A stretch of DNA of 64,000 nucleotides, from positions 238,886,001 to 238,950,000 of the forward strand of contig OZ024742.1 of NCBI GenBank assembly GCA_964016885.1. The letters run 5' to 3'. Each line of letters begins with the position of its first letter. Position 1 is the stretch's first letter. A program made the position numbers and the translations under genes. Shown here piece by piece: positions 10,771 to 24,517 of this stretch. A model generated the notes under the pieces. It searched no databases. It saw only the letters and a program-made list of their open reading frames with translations, and was not told the DNA's origin. Source of the stretch: Eledone cirrhosa (Eukaryota).

Positions 10771-12332
10771 GTTATTTCTTCGACGGCCGCGTGTGTGTCT
10801 ATGTAGAATCATGAAAGAATTATTTCAACTAAAACTCATAAGTGCCCATCTTTCTTAGTGACGTGAAATATTCAAACACACATGTACACCACAACACGGT
10901 AGAGAAATGCATGCATATATATATACAAGAATGGGCCCCAACTACGCCAACCTATTTGTCGACTACGTTGAGGCCTAAATCTTTGCCCGATACACAGGCC
11001 CCATCCCCGAGTTATACGGCCGTTATATCGACGACTGTATCGGCGCCACCTCACTTACCCACCAACAGCTCGACTCCTTTCTCTCTTTCCTCTGCTCCTT
11101 CTAGCCCGCACTCGACTTTACCACCTCCATCTCCACCACCTCCGTTCACTTCCTGGACGTTTCCATTGATCCCTCCGACCGCTCCCTCATCACATCCACC
11201 TTTTTTAAACCTACTGACTCCCACTCCTACCTCGATTTCACTTCATCCTACTCCACCCACACCAAACACACCATCCTCTACGCCCAATTTCTCCAACTCC
11301 ACCACCTATGCGGCCGAACCTAGGATTTTGAGTCTCAGGCCCATTACAAGGCTGGGCATTACACTCGGTCAGGCTCCATCACCTTCACCATCTTCCCACC
11401 CCCACCCTTCTCTTCTTTCAAGCGCACACACAGCCGCCGAAACCTCCTCGTCTGCTGCTCCCTTCCTCCGCTAATTTCTTCCCCGGATCCCTCCCCTGCT
11501 CCCGACCCCGCCGCCACACTTGCCATTACATCACCAACACCAACATCTTCCGTATTCCCGGGACTCCTTCCGCTGCACCTCCTCCAGCTTTGTCTACGGG
11601 CTCCACTGCACGCTATGTGGAGCTGTCTACATCGCACAGACAGGGCGTCGATTGGCGGACCGGTTCGCCGAGCACCTGTGGACAGCGGTCCCTGCTCGCC
11701 CGACACTCTCACGGTATGTGGCTCTATTGCGTCTCCGGAGCCCCTGACACACGCCTGAGACAAGAGCGGCGCCCAATTATTTTTTCTAGACCTGCACTCG
11801 TTGTGTGTGCACCACCACTTCTCCCTCTCTCACCCTTCCCCGACATGATCACCCCACTAAGACCTACATTCACACACATGCGTATAGAAAATAGTTCTGC
11901 TACGACGATGCACAACCACAAACACACACGTGGAGATACACATTTACACATTCATCCAACACATACGTGAAAACACACACACACACACACACACAAACGT
12001 ACACACTCACATACATAGAAACAATAGAAAAAAAGTCACACGTACACCAATACACGTTCCACATCTCCACCACCCACACACAACACCAGTTTACCAGCTA
12101 CACCCATATGACCCTCTTTTAACTCTCCCAACGGCACTAACTATTTAACTAACGGATCACACCACACACCATTAACACCACCTAACCCCTGTCGATCACC
12201 ACCTCACCGGTCAATCTTCCTTCGCTCCCCACCACTCCACCACCAATATACATTTACCCACCACTACCAACTGCTAACAGTCTCATACTACTTACTACCT
12301 TCACCCCTGTAGTGGATGAATGATAAAAAGAT

Positions 12333-12470
12333 TAATTGTTTCTACTTTAGGCACAAGGCCAGCAATTACCCAGTGCATTACTGGTACTTTATTTTATCGA
12401 CCCCGTAAGGATGAAAGGCAAAGTCAACCTCGGCGGGATTTGAACTCAGACCGTAAAGAGACGTAACTAG
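12333..12470 (-). mobile_element. SINE (same family as 10589), 5'-truncated
   Basis: Reverse complement of the B box, core and tail of 10589-10770. Confidence 0.9.
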
Positions 12471-12598
12471 AATAATGCCAGGATTGTGATGTTGACAATG
12501 TTTATTTTACAATAACAATGTGTGACAGAATTTATCACTACATTATTTGCTGGCTAACTACTTTGAGCTAGCGTGTATGCATGTATCAATACGACGAT

Positions 12599-12751
12599 GC
12601 CCTTTATGATCTGAGTTCAAATCCCGCCGAGGTTAACTTTGCCTTTCATCCTTACGGGGTCGATAAAATAAAGTACCAGTCACGCACTGGTGTCGATTTA
12701 ATCGACTTTCCCCTCCCCCAAAACTGCTGGCCTTGTGCCTATATAAGAAAC
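12599..12751 (+). mobile_element. SINE (same superfamily, longer variant), 5'-truncated
   Basis: B box, core and tail present. 12-bp TSD CAATACGACGAT (12587-12598, 12752-12763). Confidence 0.9.
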
Positions 12752-14003
12752 CAATACGACGATACAATATGACAGGAAGACGGAACAATAGATGAAGCGT
12801 AGAAGTAAACAATATTAAACTTACTATGTGTGTGTGTGTCTATTCTTAGTATAGGTTATTCGTCTCAAGCACTGCAGCTTCATGGTCTCTTGTCTGTTGG
12901 CGTAGTCCGTAGCCGAGAAGGTGAGAACCAGTGAGGCCAGGAGAGAGAGATAGAGTAAAAGTGAATTGGCTACATCGTTATTCTCTCTAGGACCATCGCT
13001 TCGGGGTCTGGCTGTCTGGCTGTAGTCTGTGTCCGAGAAGGTGAAAGCGAGTAAGGCCAGTAGAGGGAGATAGAGTGAAAGGTCTGCTACATCGTTAACC
13101 TTAACACGGACTGCTGGCTTCGGTCTGGCTGCTGGGTTTCCCAAGTCCTTGTATTTATAATAATGCTATAGCTAGAAGGATGTGTATATGGGGTTGATTT
13201 ATGATTAGCCATGTGGATATCGTTTCTCAGGAAGCTGGGGTCACAGGTCACGTGGTATGTACGTTTATCATCGTTGTCTTTTGACAAGACAACGATGGAA
13301 ACCTCCCAACAATACGTGGTTCTAGAGGCGAGAAACCTCAGATTCGGTTTCGAATCTTCGCCGGTAAAACATAGGTGCATTCCGTTACACCCCTGTATCA
13401 CCCATACACACACACATACACACGCTGCCACCACAGCTACCTCCCAAACCAATTCCGTTCTCCGTGTGCCCCCACCTGACCACTTCCGTTCTGACCATAA
13501 GACCTCTCTGGACACCAGATTACAACTTCTCCCTGGACACTGGATTACACGTTGATATTCAGATACACACAGACACACCCATACATAAACATATACACAA
13601 ATGCACACAAAGTTCATACCTCTACAGATAATACAAAGTCATCAACACGCAAGTGGAGACACATGCACACACGTAAAAATACACATACACACTCACATAC
13701 ATAGAAACAATTAAAAAAAGCCCTATAAGACACACACACTCACACGCGTTCGCACGCACACATACAGACACCCACACTTGAGTGCATACACACACACAGA
13801 AACTGAAGCAATAATGCATATCTACCGATGTCATCCCTTCAGCATACAGACAACCACACCCATGACATACCTGGACCCTCCACTTGGGCCTCCACTCCCA
13901 AATGTCAGACCTCTCACCTACCACCACCAACCTATCAATCTCTTGCCAATTTCCTTTCCTAACTTCCACACACAACTTTTATGTACCTGTTCTCTCCCTA
14001 TCC

Positions 14004-14048
14004 GAGCTTTCCTGATGAAGAACTTACGCCTGAAACGTAGAACCCTCC
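14004..14048 (+). ncRNA. Degenerate minimal hammerhead in Neptune-type PLE tail
   Basis: CTGATGA-AG...CT-GAAA-CG-TA with palindromic ACGT stem III. Stems I and II are weak. Confidence 0.5.
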
Positions 14049-14117
14049 TCACTTCCTCTAAGCGTGAGACTAATAAGACTGTATTTTCGCACCCCTGTTT
14101 GTTTTGTTTTATTTATC

Positions 14118-14201
<84 letters not shown>

Positions 14202-14215
<14 letters not shown>

Positions 14216-14628
14216 AACTAATGAATAAAACAATGAAACAGTTCCTTATATTAAACAAAAAAAGTTCATTATTTAACGATCGTTTCTAGGATATATATGT
14301 GTTAGAATTGGCATGCATATTCAACAGATCTATGTACAAAATTATACAAAATTATACAAACTATCAAAATTAAATATACATACCAACACATATATATGCC
14401 GTCTTCAGAAATAATTTATTTCTGAAGACGGCATATATATGTGTTGGTATGTATATTTAATTTTGATAGTTTGTATAATTTTGTATAATTTTGTACATAG
14501 ATCTGTTGAATATGCATGCCAATTCTAACACATATATATCCTAGAAACGATCGTTAAATAATGAACTTTTTTTGTTTAATATAAGGAACTGTTTCATTGT
14601 TTTATTCATTATTTTTTTAATATTTTAT
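14202..14628. repeat. Long palindrome (perfect 196-bp arms 14219-14414 / 14416-14611, 1-nt spacer) made of head-to-head Penelope pLTRs
   Basis: Arms checked base by base as reverse complements. (TA)n at 14149-14203 and ~14763-14782. Confidence 0.95.
14416..14561 (+). ncRNA. Type I hammerhead with very long stem II (mirror copy at 14269-14414, minus)
   Basis: Stem I TTATTT/AAATAA. CTGAAGA at 14422-14428. 115-nt fold-back stem II. GAAA at 14544-14547. Palindromic stem III CGATCG. GUU triplet. Confidence 0.75.
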
Positions 14629-16420
14629 CTTGACTCTGTATTCCGTTTATCTTTCACCGAAAGTGATTTTTCATTGCATCTCTTCTTTCCATGATATCCG
14701 GATTACATTGAGTTCTTCATACGGATTGGACACTACCGTAAACTCTTGGTAGATTTATCTACATATATATATATATATATATTTGTATGATAAGAAGTTG
14801 ACGGACCCAGCATAGATATCAATGCTAGGACTGGTTGCATCTCAGCGTACTCAATAGGTAATGCAAAATACACTCCCAGAGTATACACAGTTATTCGCTT
14901 CAATGCAATACACGTAAACGGGTACCTGTAGTAGTTCCCGAACTCGAGTTTCTGCCACACTTAATGCAGCAGTAAGGTGCACTGCACCATCTGTCTGCAT
15001 ATATTATGCAACAATGCATAATTGGCGCATGTGGCTTCATCAGCGGGTAATCAATAACCAATCGATCGACAGAATTCGACTCCAGTCCATGCCGGCTATG
15101 ACTGCTTATGACGGCCAACACGGTAAAGTAATTAGCAACTGGGATCTGATATAATGCCGTTGCCCGATCGGCCACCGATCTACAAATTTACGCGATGGCA
15201 GGAGATTAGAAAACAAATATTTCTGCTCCGTCACAAGCTCTCAGCCAACGTGTTAGAAAAAGGAGTCTCACATCGTTGTATAATAGAATGGTAGCATCCG
15301 GCTCTAGTCTCCAAGTCCTATGGCGAGAGGATCGCGATAGTAACAGTGAGAGTGCCTAAAACCTTTATCCGGACATTAAATGCCAACACCCATTACACAG
15401 CGATATAGAGTATCTTGCTGGTTTGTATGTATATGTATGTGTGTGTGTATAAATGTATATATATAATATAACTATAAAAGGCTGATTTCAACCGAAACGC
15501 GTAAGTGGATATCTTTCTTGCTGATGTGAGATATTCAAACACACACGCACACACCACACAAATCAATAGGACACACATTCGACTTAAGAGAGAGGTACAT
15601 GCATGGGTCCGTAACTCCCGATGGAGTCGTAGGGACGCCGTATTGATTTACGGCGTTTCTAGGGCATTTTAAAATCCTCTCCAAGTCTGAATACAGATGA
15701 TTTCTTCCAGAGAAGGAAAAGAGAAAGAGAGGCAGAATCGGACCGTTTTTTATTGGCCTTGAATGGATGAATGACAAAGTTGATCTCGGCGCGATTTGAA
15801 CTCAGAGAGCTGAGAGTCGAAACGAGTGTCTGTGATAAAGACAAGAGACCTGAGAAAACTTGTGATAAGTCCTATTGTAAGCTGGTCTTATCTATGTACT
15901 TTAGTTTTTTAGTTCTTTTGTTTGTGTTAGCTATTAAATCGTGGCGAGTTGCAGCATCATTAGAACGTCCGATAGAATGCTTTTCGGTATTTGTTCCAGC
16001 TCATTGCGATCTATGTTCAAATCTAGTACAACTTCTATGTTCAAACGATCTATGTTCAAACCGAGTACAACTTTGTCTTTCTTCTTTTTGGCGTCGATAA
16101 ATAAAATACCAGTCTAGTACTGAAGTTATTTAATGCCGCTCTCTCCTCCTCTCTCATATAGTGTTATTAGCGGTCAACGTACAAACAAACTATATATATG
16201 TGTGTGTGTAACAATATCCGTAGGTGTGAAAAGGAAAACAGTGCTCAATCGGGAAGAGAGCAGAAATATTAACACATATGTTATTAAAAACACCAATCTC
16301 TCATTGTGGAATAATACATCTGCTATATCCTTGTTCACAGAAATCTTCTTTAAGAAAAAAACTAAATTCACGCTGTTTGATATTATAGATTTTTATCCCT
16401 CTATTTCTGAGACCCTTCTT

Positions 16421-16603
16421 AATAATTGTTTCTACTATTGGCATGAGGCCAACAAATACCCAGTGCATTACTGGTACTTTATTTTATCGACCCCTTAAGG
16501 ATGAAAGGCAAAGTTAACCTCGGCGGGATTTTAACTCAGATCATAAAGAACCATAACTATACTGAAAAGCATGGTGTCCGACTCTCTACCGATACTGCCA
16601 ATA
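16421..16603 (-). mobile_element. SINE inserted in Penelope RT
   Basis: Reverse complement of the 10589 family; it splits the RT reading frame. Confidence 0.88.
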
Positions 16604-18091
16604 CACCAAACTTTGCTCGTTCTTTCTTATATGTCAGTGACATAGAATATGACCTTATATTGCAGGCCCGTAGAACCCTCCTATTTAGTAACGGTTCTAC
16701 TTGGGTAAAAAAATTGACCCTGATGATTTTTTAAATGTTTCCATGGGGTTCTATGACAGTGCTGATGTTTGTAATCTTATCGGCTTATACATCCTTCATA
16801 CGCTAAAGTCTAAATTCCCTAAACACTCCTTTGGTCTATACCGTGACGACAATCTCTCGTTTACACAAGGTTGTAACGGACAGACTCGGTATAGATTCCG
16901 TAAAAATTTAATTGACACATTTAGTGAACTAGGACTTAAAATTACGATTGATACAAATCTTATTAATGCAAATTTCCTAGATTTGAACTTAGACCTAACA
17001 ACAACTTTGTATAAACCATACCATAAGCCTAACAAAAAATTGAAATATATTAATAAAGCCTCATGGCACCTCCCTGCTGTTTTTAAAAACTTAGTTTCTA
17101 ACATTAATCGTAGGATTTCAAATCTATCAACAACCAAAAAGAGATTTTTGATAAGGCTGCGCCATACTTCATTCAAACCCTCTTAGTTCTAAGGATAACA
17201 TTAATTACAAACCCAATCATTCCCAACCCAACCATACTAAAAATACTAATAGAAAAAGAAGACATATCTGATTCGTACCCCCTTTTCCCTTAAAGTAAAG
17301 GCTAATGTAGTAAGAAGTTTTTAGATTTAATAGATAGACATTTCCCATCACCACATAGATATAGTAAAATATTCAATCGTAATTCCGTCAAGATATTCCA
17401 TATATGAGATCAAAAATTACTTCGAAAAATATACGCGACTATAATCCAAGCTGCTCTTGCAGGATTAAAGAGAACTGCACTCTCCAACAGAAATGTAATA
17501 CCAAATTCGTTGTGTATGAGGCAGAGAATACACACAACAACAATTATCAAAATATACGTCAGTAGGGTGTAAGATCGTTTTAAACAACGTTTTTACACGC
17601 ATATCTACTCTTTCAAGAATCCAGTATAACCCTGGCGTAAAAAAGTCTGCCAATTAAAGGAGAAAGGAGTCCCACACAAAATCTCTTGGAAGATACTTGA
17701 AAAATCCAGCCCTTACACGAACAGTACCAAGAAATGTCGTTTCTGCCTGAGTGAGAAATTTAGGATATTACAAGGTTTGTCATCTCCGAAAAATATATAT
17801 TTGAACTCATTGAGCGAAATGTTTAGTGGATGCTTCCATCTCAAAACCCAACTGCTTGCTAATAGATATTACCTTAATAGATATTACCTTAATAGATATT
17901 ACCATCTCTATATCAAATTACACCACATAATACAACACTTCTGCTATAGTATACGAACACAAACACGTGGCTAATCTCAAATTTCTAATTTACATCTTGG
18001 AGTTATTTCCTTTTGTTATATTAGGTTGCTTTTCGTAAATACGCGTTTTTAGAAAACATTACTTTTAAAGGTATCTTATAAATTCGTATAA

Positions 18092-18175
18092 GCGCGTGAA
18101 GAAAGGTCACTAATTTGATACCACTTGTATTCTGGAGGTATGGTCAAATTTGGGCCTTGAAACCCTGGGTAGCGC
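18092..18175 (+). ncRNA. Type I hammerhead with long stem II and C3G core change
   Basis: GCGC-GTGAAGA-[AAGGTC..AATTTGAT..GTCAAATT..GGCCTT]-GAAA-CCCTGGG-TA-GCGC. Confidence 0.7.
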
Positions 18176-18234
18176 CCTTGTTCCGTGTATGAACATAAAT
18201 AAATAATCTAATATATATATATATATGTGTGTAT

Positions 18235-18236
<2 letters not shown>

Positions 18237-18284
<48 letters not shown>

Positions 18285-18297
18285 ATGTTGGCGGGGG

Positions 18298-18333
<36 letters not shown>

Positions 18334-18520
18334 ATGTTGGCGGGGGTAGTGTGTGTGTGTGTGTGTGTGTGCATGTTGGCGGGGGTAGTGTGTGTGTGTG
18401 TGTGTGTGTGTGCATGTTGGCGGGGGTAGTGTGTGTGTGTGTGTGTGTGTGCATGTTGGCGGGGGTAGTGTGTGTGTGTGTGTGTGTGTGCATGTTGGCG
18501 GGGGTAGTGTGTGTGTGTGT
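18237..18520. repeat. Compound minisatellite: (GT)n + GCATGTTGGCGGGGGTA, 5 units
   Basis: Directly visible. Confidence 0.95.
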
Positions 18521-18865
18521 AGCAGTAATTAGGACTTTTGTTGCTGTGCCGGCTATATAGGTCATTGTGACCACATAGGCTAACCTCTAGGCAACATGGA
18601 TGCTCATTTTCCTTTGTTTCAAGACCTGGTACCAACTTGTCTAGAGAAAGTGTTCAATTGGAGTTCAACTGATATAACTAGCTTCATCATCTCATTCTGC
18701 TCTCAGGTGTCCAAGCAGATGCTACACAATTATTTTGTCACAGCAAGCAGAGCGATGTAGTCGTCAACAGACATCCACTTTGGCCAACGGCTCGAAGCAG
18801 CAATACTCCCATTGACACTCCAGCAAAAGTTTAGTTCAAGCCTCAACAGTGTATATTATCTTTCG

Positions 18866-19048
18866 GTGGATTGGCAGTATCGGTAGAGAGTCGGACACCA
18901 TGCTTTGAAGCATAGAGTTACGTCCCTTTATGATCTGAGTTCAAATCTCGCCGAGGTTAACTTTGCCTTTCATCCTTACGGGGTCGATAAAATAAAGTAC
19001 CAGTAATGTACTGAGTAATTGCTGGCCTTGTGCCTAAAAATAGAAACA
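18866..19048 (+). mobile_element. SINE (10589 family)
   Basis: Full A/B box, core and tail. 11-bp TSD ATTATCTTTCG (18855-18865, 19049-19059). Confidence 0.92.
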
Positions 19049-20940
19049 ATTATCTTTCGAACTCTCTGCACTCACGCATACACAACCAGCAACACAGCCT
19101 TGTTTTCCTATTTTATCATCAATAACCTCGTAGCAGATTATTCCTGAATATAATTATTTAAGTAGCGATCATGGTGTATTTGTTCATTCAACGGCGTTTC
19201 ATACACCGTTTCATATGGGATAGACCAACCTTATACATCACACCCATCAAGCCAAAAGTTTACTACCACCCCACAATGAACGTAAATGACTAGTGAGTAA
19301 GTGAAGTGTGTCTCAGTGAGACGAGAGAAGTTTTGCCCTGTTCAAGGAAACAAGAAGTTGTACTGGCTTGTTGTGGTGTGAAGCTATATTACTGTTGGGA
19401 AAATGATCTTTCCAAAATCACATAGATTAACAAATGAACAAGACAGCGTTAATTTTGATGTTTTATTTATAACACGATTTACTTCGAAATCATATGCAAC
19501 AATGAACAACGGTAAAAGGTGCAAGTATCATGCAGTATGTTATGTGTGTGAATGTAGTAAAATTTACTAATCTATGTTGATAGCAATCTCAGCTAGTGCT
19601 GATTCCAGCAAGACTGGCTAGTGTGTGTCTGTGTGTCTGTGTGTGTGAGACCACATCGCGAGGCTGACTAAATAAATGTCTCAATCATTGACAAATACGC
19701 AAGACGACTTTGAACCATTTGGGGCTTTATTAGACCTTCTCAGCGAAGTATCGACTGTTGGGTGCTTGTAGTGGAGCTGAAAGAATTGCTAAGTAGAGTC
19801 CAACAACGTACATGAGCTGGCTTGTAAAATTAGGATTATAGTCTATAATATTTATTGCGTGTTATGATAGTTGTACTGGCGTTATTTATTATATAACTTT
19901 AGAATTGCTTTCTGGATCGAAATCAGCGAAAAGCAATATTGTTGTTAGTCAACTTTATTATTTATCACAATGCGACAAGTATCCATAAATAAATTAAAGC
20001 ACAAAGGACATCAAACATAAAAGAAAATGAAGCGGTGTATGTCATTACGGCACTCCCAACAAATTAAACTAAGCAAGTACGTATGTTTCCAAACAATACA
20101 CGAGACTAATGCGCTTCAGTCGCATAAAGATGTTGTTTGAACGTAAAAAAAATATTTGATCAAAGTAATTTTGAATGAAGATTTGATTCAATGCATTGAA
20201 ATTTCTATTAAAAGACACAGCTCTAGAAAATGTAAAATATTAATACATATTTGAAAATCCAAAGAATAAACAGCATAAGATCAACACACAGGTATACAAC
20301 CCTTTTGGTGAAATAACAACTCGATAAACTGTCCTCCTACACTAACACACACCAAGGTGAGCACTACCCTCCCACCCACCCCTCCACTTCCAGGGAGGAG
20401 GTGGCATTGAGATACTCAAAAGGGCACTGGAATATAAGAGAGTGATAAAGAGTCATGGGAAAGCAAAAAGTAGTGAGAGAAGAAAGAGACAAAGAATACA
20501 AATTCTTTGTTGCTCGTAAAACTGTCACCTTTAGTTATTCAATAAATGTTTCAAATAAAATTGAAAAACATTATCAAAATTTGATTTTATATAATATAAT
20601 ATAATATAAAAGAGTTGTTAATCTGGACTGGTAAAAAAAAGTGTTAAGATAACATTCTGAAGAAAAAAGGAAAAGCACTACTGTCTAATACTGAATAGAA
20701 ACGTTTTGTTCATTGTTTCTTACATAAGTTATTTTAATAAAGAGAATTTTAGTTTGGTTTTCTCTCTATCTATATTGTTAATAGCCATGGTAATTCTTAA
20801 TGTGGTAATATAAATAAGAATTGGTTTGTGATAATATTGTTCGGAAGAAAAGGTTTATGGTCATGGCAAGGTTAATTTGTAAGCCCAGATTAAAGAGAGA
20901 AAAAAGCTATCTTTTTGTTTAACTGAAAAGGGGATACAAC

Positions 20941-21040
20941 CAGTAGCGTGCAGAGCGGGGGGGGGGTGCGTTACACTTGAGTCTTTGGGGAATACAGTCA
21001 AGATTTTCCCCGGGCATCACCAGAGCTCTGCACGCCGCTG
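20941..21040. mobile_element. 100-bp hAT-type MITE
   Basis: TIRs CAGTAGCGTGCAGAGC / GCTCTGCACGCCGCTG. 8-bp TSD GATACAAC (20933-20940, 21041-21048). Confidence 0.88.
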
Positions 21041-21739
21041 GATACAACTATATATAAAATAATGTTGAGGGGCATTATGGGAAGGAAGACATCTTGTGTA
21101 TGCTTTCTTCTGGAATATATAACAGGCTAAAAAGAAATACTTTCGGGTCTGTCTATGAGAATAAAGTAATGTCTGTTTCTATGTAAGGCTCATGAGGCGT
21201 GTTTAGTATATAGGATTGATCGTATTGCTGAGTGTTTGTTTAGCATGTTGCTAGTGACTTGTGATAATCATCATCCTTTAATTCTCAAGTGGGAAGCTGC
21301 TGAGATCTGGAACTTTTTTGTTGTGGCGTATCTGACCAGTCCGCTTTTCTTTCCACTTCGACGACCCTGTAGCGTTACTCAGCAGTGTAAGATTCAGTAA
21401 TGCGAAACTCACGTTTCATGAGTAATTGAGCAGAACTAACTCCGTTCTGTATGCCAAGAAGCTAAGGTGGGGATTAATGGATTTTTATTAGAAGAAAATT
21501 TACAGACCTAACCGTACATTAAGCTTCTCCGTTACATTTTTTATACCTCGAGCAAAGAAAATGCTATATGATACTTGTGGTTCGTTATCAGTCGTTATTG
21601 TCCCCAGGGACTCCATTGATTTAAGATAAATTGTAATATCAGTGAATCTAGTAAAGGTGCGGTTTGCATCCTCAGCATATCTCTGAATAATCCACCATCA
21701 GCAGGTATATTTTTACCTTTAAGTGGAAATATATTTAGC

Positions 21740-22330
21740 CCTAATTTATGCTAGGGTGAGATAGGAAATTCCGTCTCGATGAGTGCCTTGGCGTGGTTTA
21801 TACATTCTACAATTTTGCACAAGCTCGTTTATCTGTCAACTCAGGCCTGGCCAGCACTTATTTCAATGTGCATGCCATATGCATTTTACCACTCCCTGAT
21901 CTTCATGAAGTTTATTGAAAATACTATTCTTTAAAGCTGTGAAAATTGACCAGTCTTCTTCTCTTCTACAAAACCCTGTCATGTACCATTAGGAAGGCAC
22001 GCTCCACCCAGTATAGGCAGCACTGTTGTTGTTTCACTTCTGTCTAATCAATCCGATTGCTTTTTCTAGCGTAATCTTTATCCAACTGTATTAATTCTCT
22101 CTGGCAGTATATCCACGAGTAATTCCCTAAACAGATCGTCGTGAAAATCTCCGCAGTTACAGAGTTTAGCAAGTGTGTTGAATGTAGCCAAGAATACAAG
22201 AATACAAGAATACAAGAATACAAGAAATCTTTCTTCAAGTACGCCAAACTTTTTTTGTTTAACGACTAGTAGATTCGGTCCTTTTAGATCATCATCCATT
22301 TCATCTCCCATGCAATAAATTAACATGCCT
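21740..22330 (-). pseudogene. Possible very old Gypsy gag-protease remnant
   Basis: CNCGDFHDDLFRELLVDILPERI is gag-like, and downstream AKALIETEFPIS resembles the ALIDTG protease motif. Weak. Confidence 0.3.
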
Positions 22331-22785
22331 ACCTGGTTTGCTTGTGTGTTTATCTGGAAATTACTCGTTTAACAGAAGCACTCAGATCTTCTTATCCAAC
22401 TTTTACATTCTTTGGGGTTTGGCGAAGTCAAATGACCCCAGTTGTTGGATGCTGAACGTAGTACTTGGCACCGACAGAGCTGCTTGCTCTACGTATGGAC
22501 ATGAACCAGGTTGTTGTCCTCCGAGAGCTCGGTCCGTCGACATCGTAGCTAGATAGCACCATTTCCTAATTCATATCCCCCCCCCCCAAGCTTATCCCGA
22601 ACGGGAACTCATGAGTAATAATAACTTCAAAGTGCTTGACATCGGATCCCAGGTGTCGATGGGGCTATCCAGGAGGTCAATTGAATATTTAGGTCAAAAG
22701 CTGACAATTGTATAAGAAATGTAAATACATACAATAATGCAAATAAAATAGAACTTGCTTATGTAGTTTTTTTACTTATATGGAA

Positions 22786-23640
<855 letters not shown>

Positions 23641-23826
23641 TAACATGACATTATCCTCAAAAAGCTAAATTAATATACACCGAAGAGTAATTTCAAACAG
23701 TATCAATTCTTTCTGTGTTCTGTAAAATCAAAGACTGGTGTAAAACGACTTTATAGAAAAAAATAAAATTAGAATTTCATTTCTCGCCCCAGCACAGCTG
23801 ATACTGATACATAAATGTAAGTATGC

Positions 23827-23966
<140 letters not shown>

Positions 23967-24062
23967 AAAAAGATGAAATCGAAAATGAAACTGGAGTCTT
24001 TTTAAGAATATTTATTTGTTTTTCTCCGATATATATTGTTTGTTCAACACTGGCTTTGAGGA

Positions 24063-24105
24063 ACAATCAACATGTTTCTGGGTCATTACCCTTCATCAGG
24101 ACTGT
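24063..24105 (-). ncRNA. Minimal type I hammerhead in an orphan Penelope-type pLTR next to (TA)n
   Basis: Minus strand reads ACAGTC-CTGATGA-aGGGT AATG ACCCa-GAAA-CATG-TT-GATTGT: 6-bp stem I, palindromic CATG stem III, A.A mismatch at the stem II base. Confidence 0.8.
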
Positions 24106-24517
24106 ATACCTTTGCCAGTCTGTTGAACAGTTGAAAATATATAGTATTTTCTTAAGTACACTTCGGCTGAGTAGCCTTATTCGCATACCGAGCGAGTTAC
24201 GGCTGGCTATGCTGAATATCATCATAATCTATAAAGCTCAGTGTGTGGTCATGCTCCTTCGTTATAGAAATCTACGATATAGAATTAATTCAATTGAAAT
24301 TTACAATTCAGTATTCGAAATAGTTTCGATTGCGTCTTGACGCAGATAATTTTTTCAATTTCACCCACAATTACGCAAAAAATAGATAAAACTCAATATT
24401 TTACGATTTTTCTCTCTCATTTAAACTGCTGAACTCTTTCTACTACCATTCAAAATCTATAGAACTTCATACTTTCTGCTACTTTCTCTTTCCAAGCTTG
24501 ATGGTGATACTGTCCGT

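Larger units (their letters stand above)
12308..13389 (-). mobile_element. Probable solo LTR containing two SINE insertions
   Basis: TGTA...TACA termini with CCCC on both sides (12304-12307, 13390-13393). Minus strand has a TATA box TATAAATA (~13152-13159) and AATAAA (~12501-12506). Internal ~120-bp imperfect tandem repeat at 12885-13098. Confidence 0.65.
10931..14118 (+). mobile_element. Degenerate Penelope-like element (Neptune-type) interrupted by a solo LTR
   Basis: From 10931: MGPNYANLFVDYVEA*..YGRYIDDCIG..VHFLDVSI..FKPTDSHSYLDFTSS..YAQFL. ORF 11520 gives FRCTSSSFVYGLHCTLCGAVYIAQTGRRLADRFAEHL (GIY-YIG). CA-rich tail ending in a hammerhead-like motif near 14004-14048. Confidence 0.85.
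16250..18210 (+). mobile_element. Degenerate Naiad-type Penelope element
   Basis: LSLWNNTS..LFDIIDFYPSISETLL; VSMGFYDSADVCNLIGLYIL..LYRDD..FLDL..PYHKPN; SCSCRIKENC; KCRFCLSEK; SEMFSGCFH. Hammerhead in tail, then (TA)n. Confidence 0.88.

Noticed and set aside
10842-11474. 210-aa Pro/Ser-rich ORF
   Set aside because: Alternative frame of the C-rich Penelope RT; the real frame (YIDD) has stops.
15465-15512. Hammerhead-like GG..CC-GAAA-CGCG-TA
   Set aside because: The CUGANGA box is not recognisable in the right position and stem I is poor; at most a decayed remnant.
18237-18520. Regular 17-bp repeats with spacers, CRISPR-like
   Set aside because: Spacers are all (GT)n, the context is eukaryotic and there are no cas genes; it is a minisatellite.
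19060-20930. AT-rich unique-looking stretch as possible host gene or regulatory region
   Set aside because: No ORF, repeat structure or motif I can support from sequence alone.
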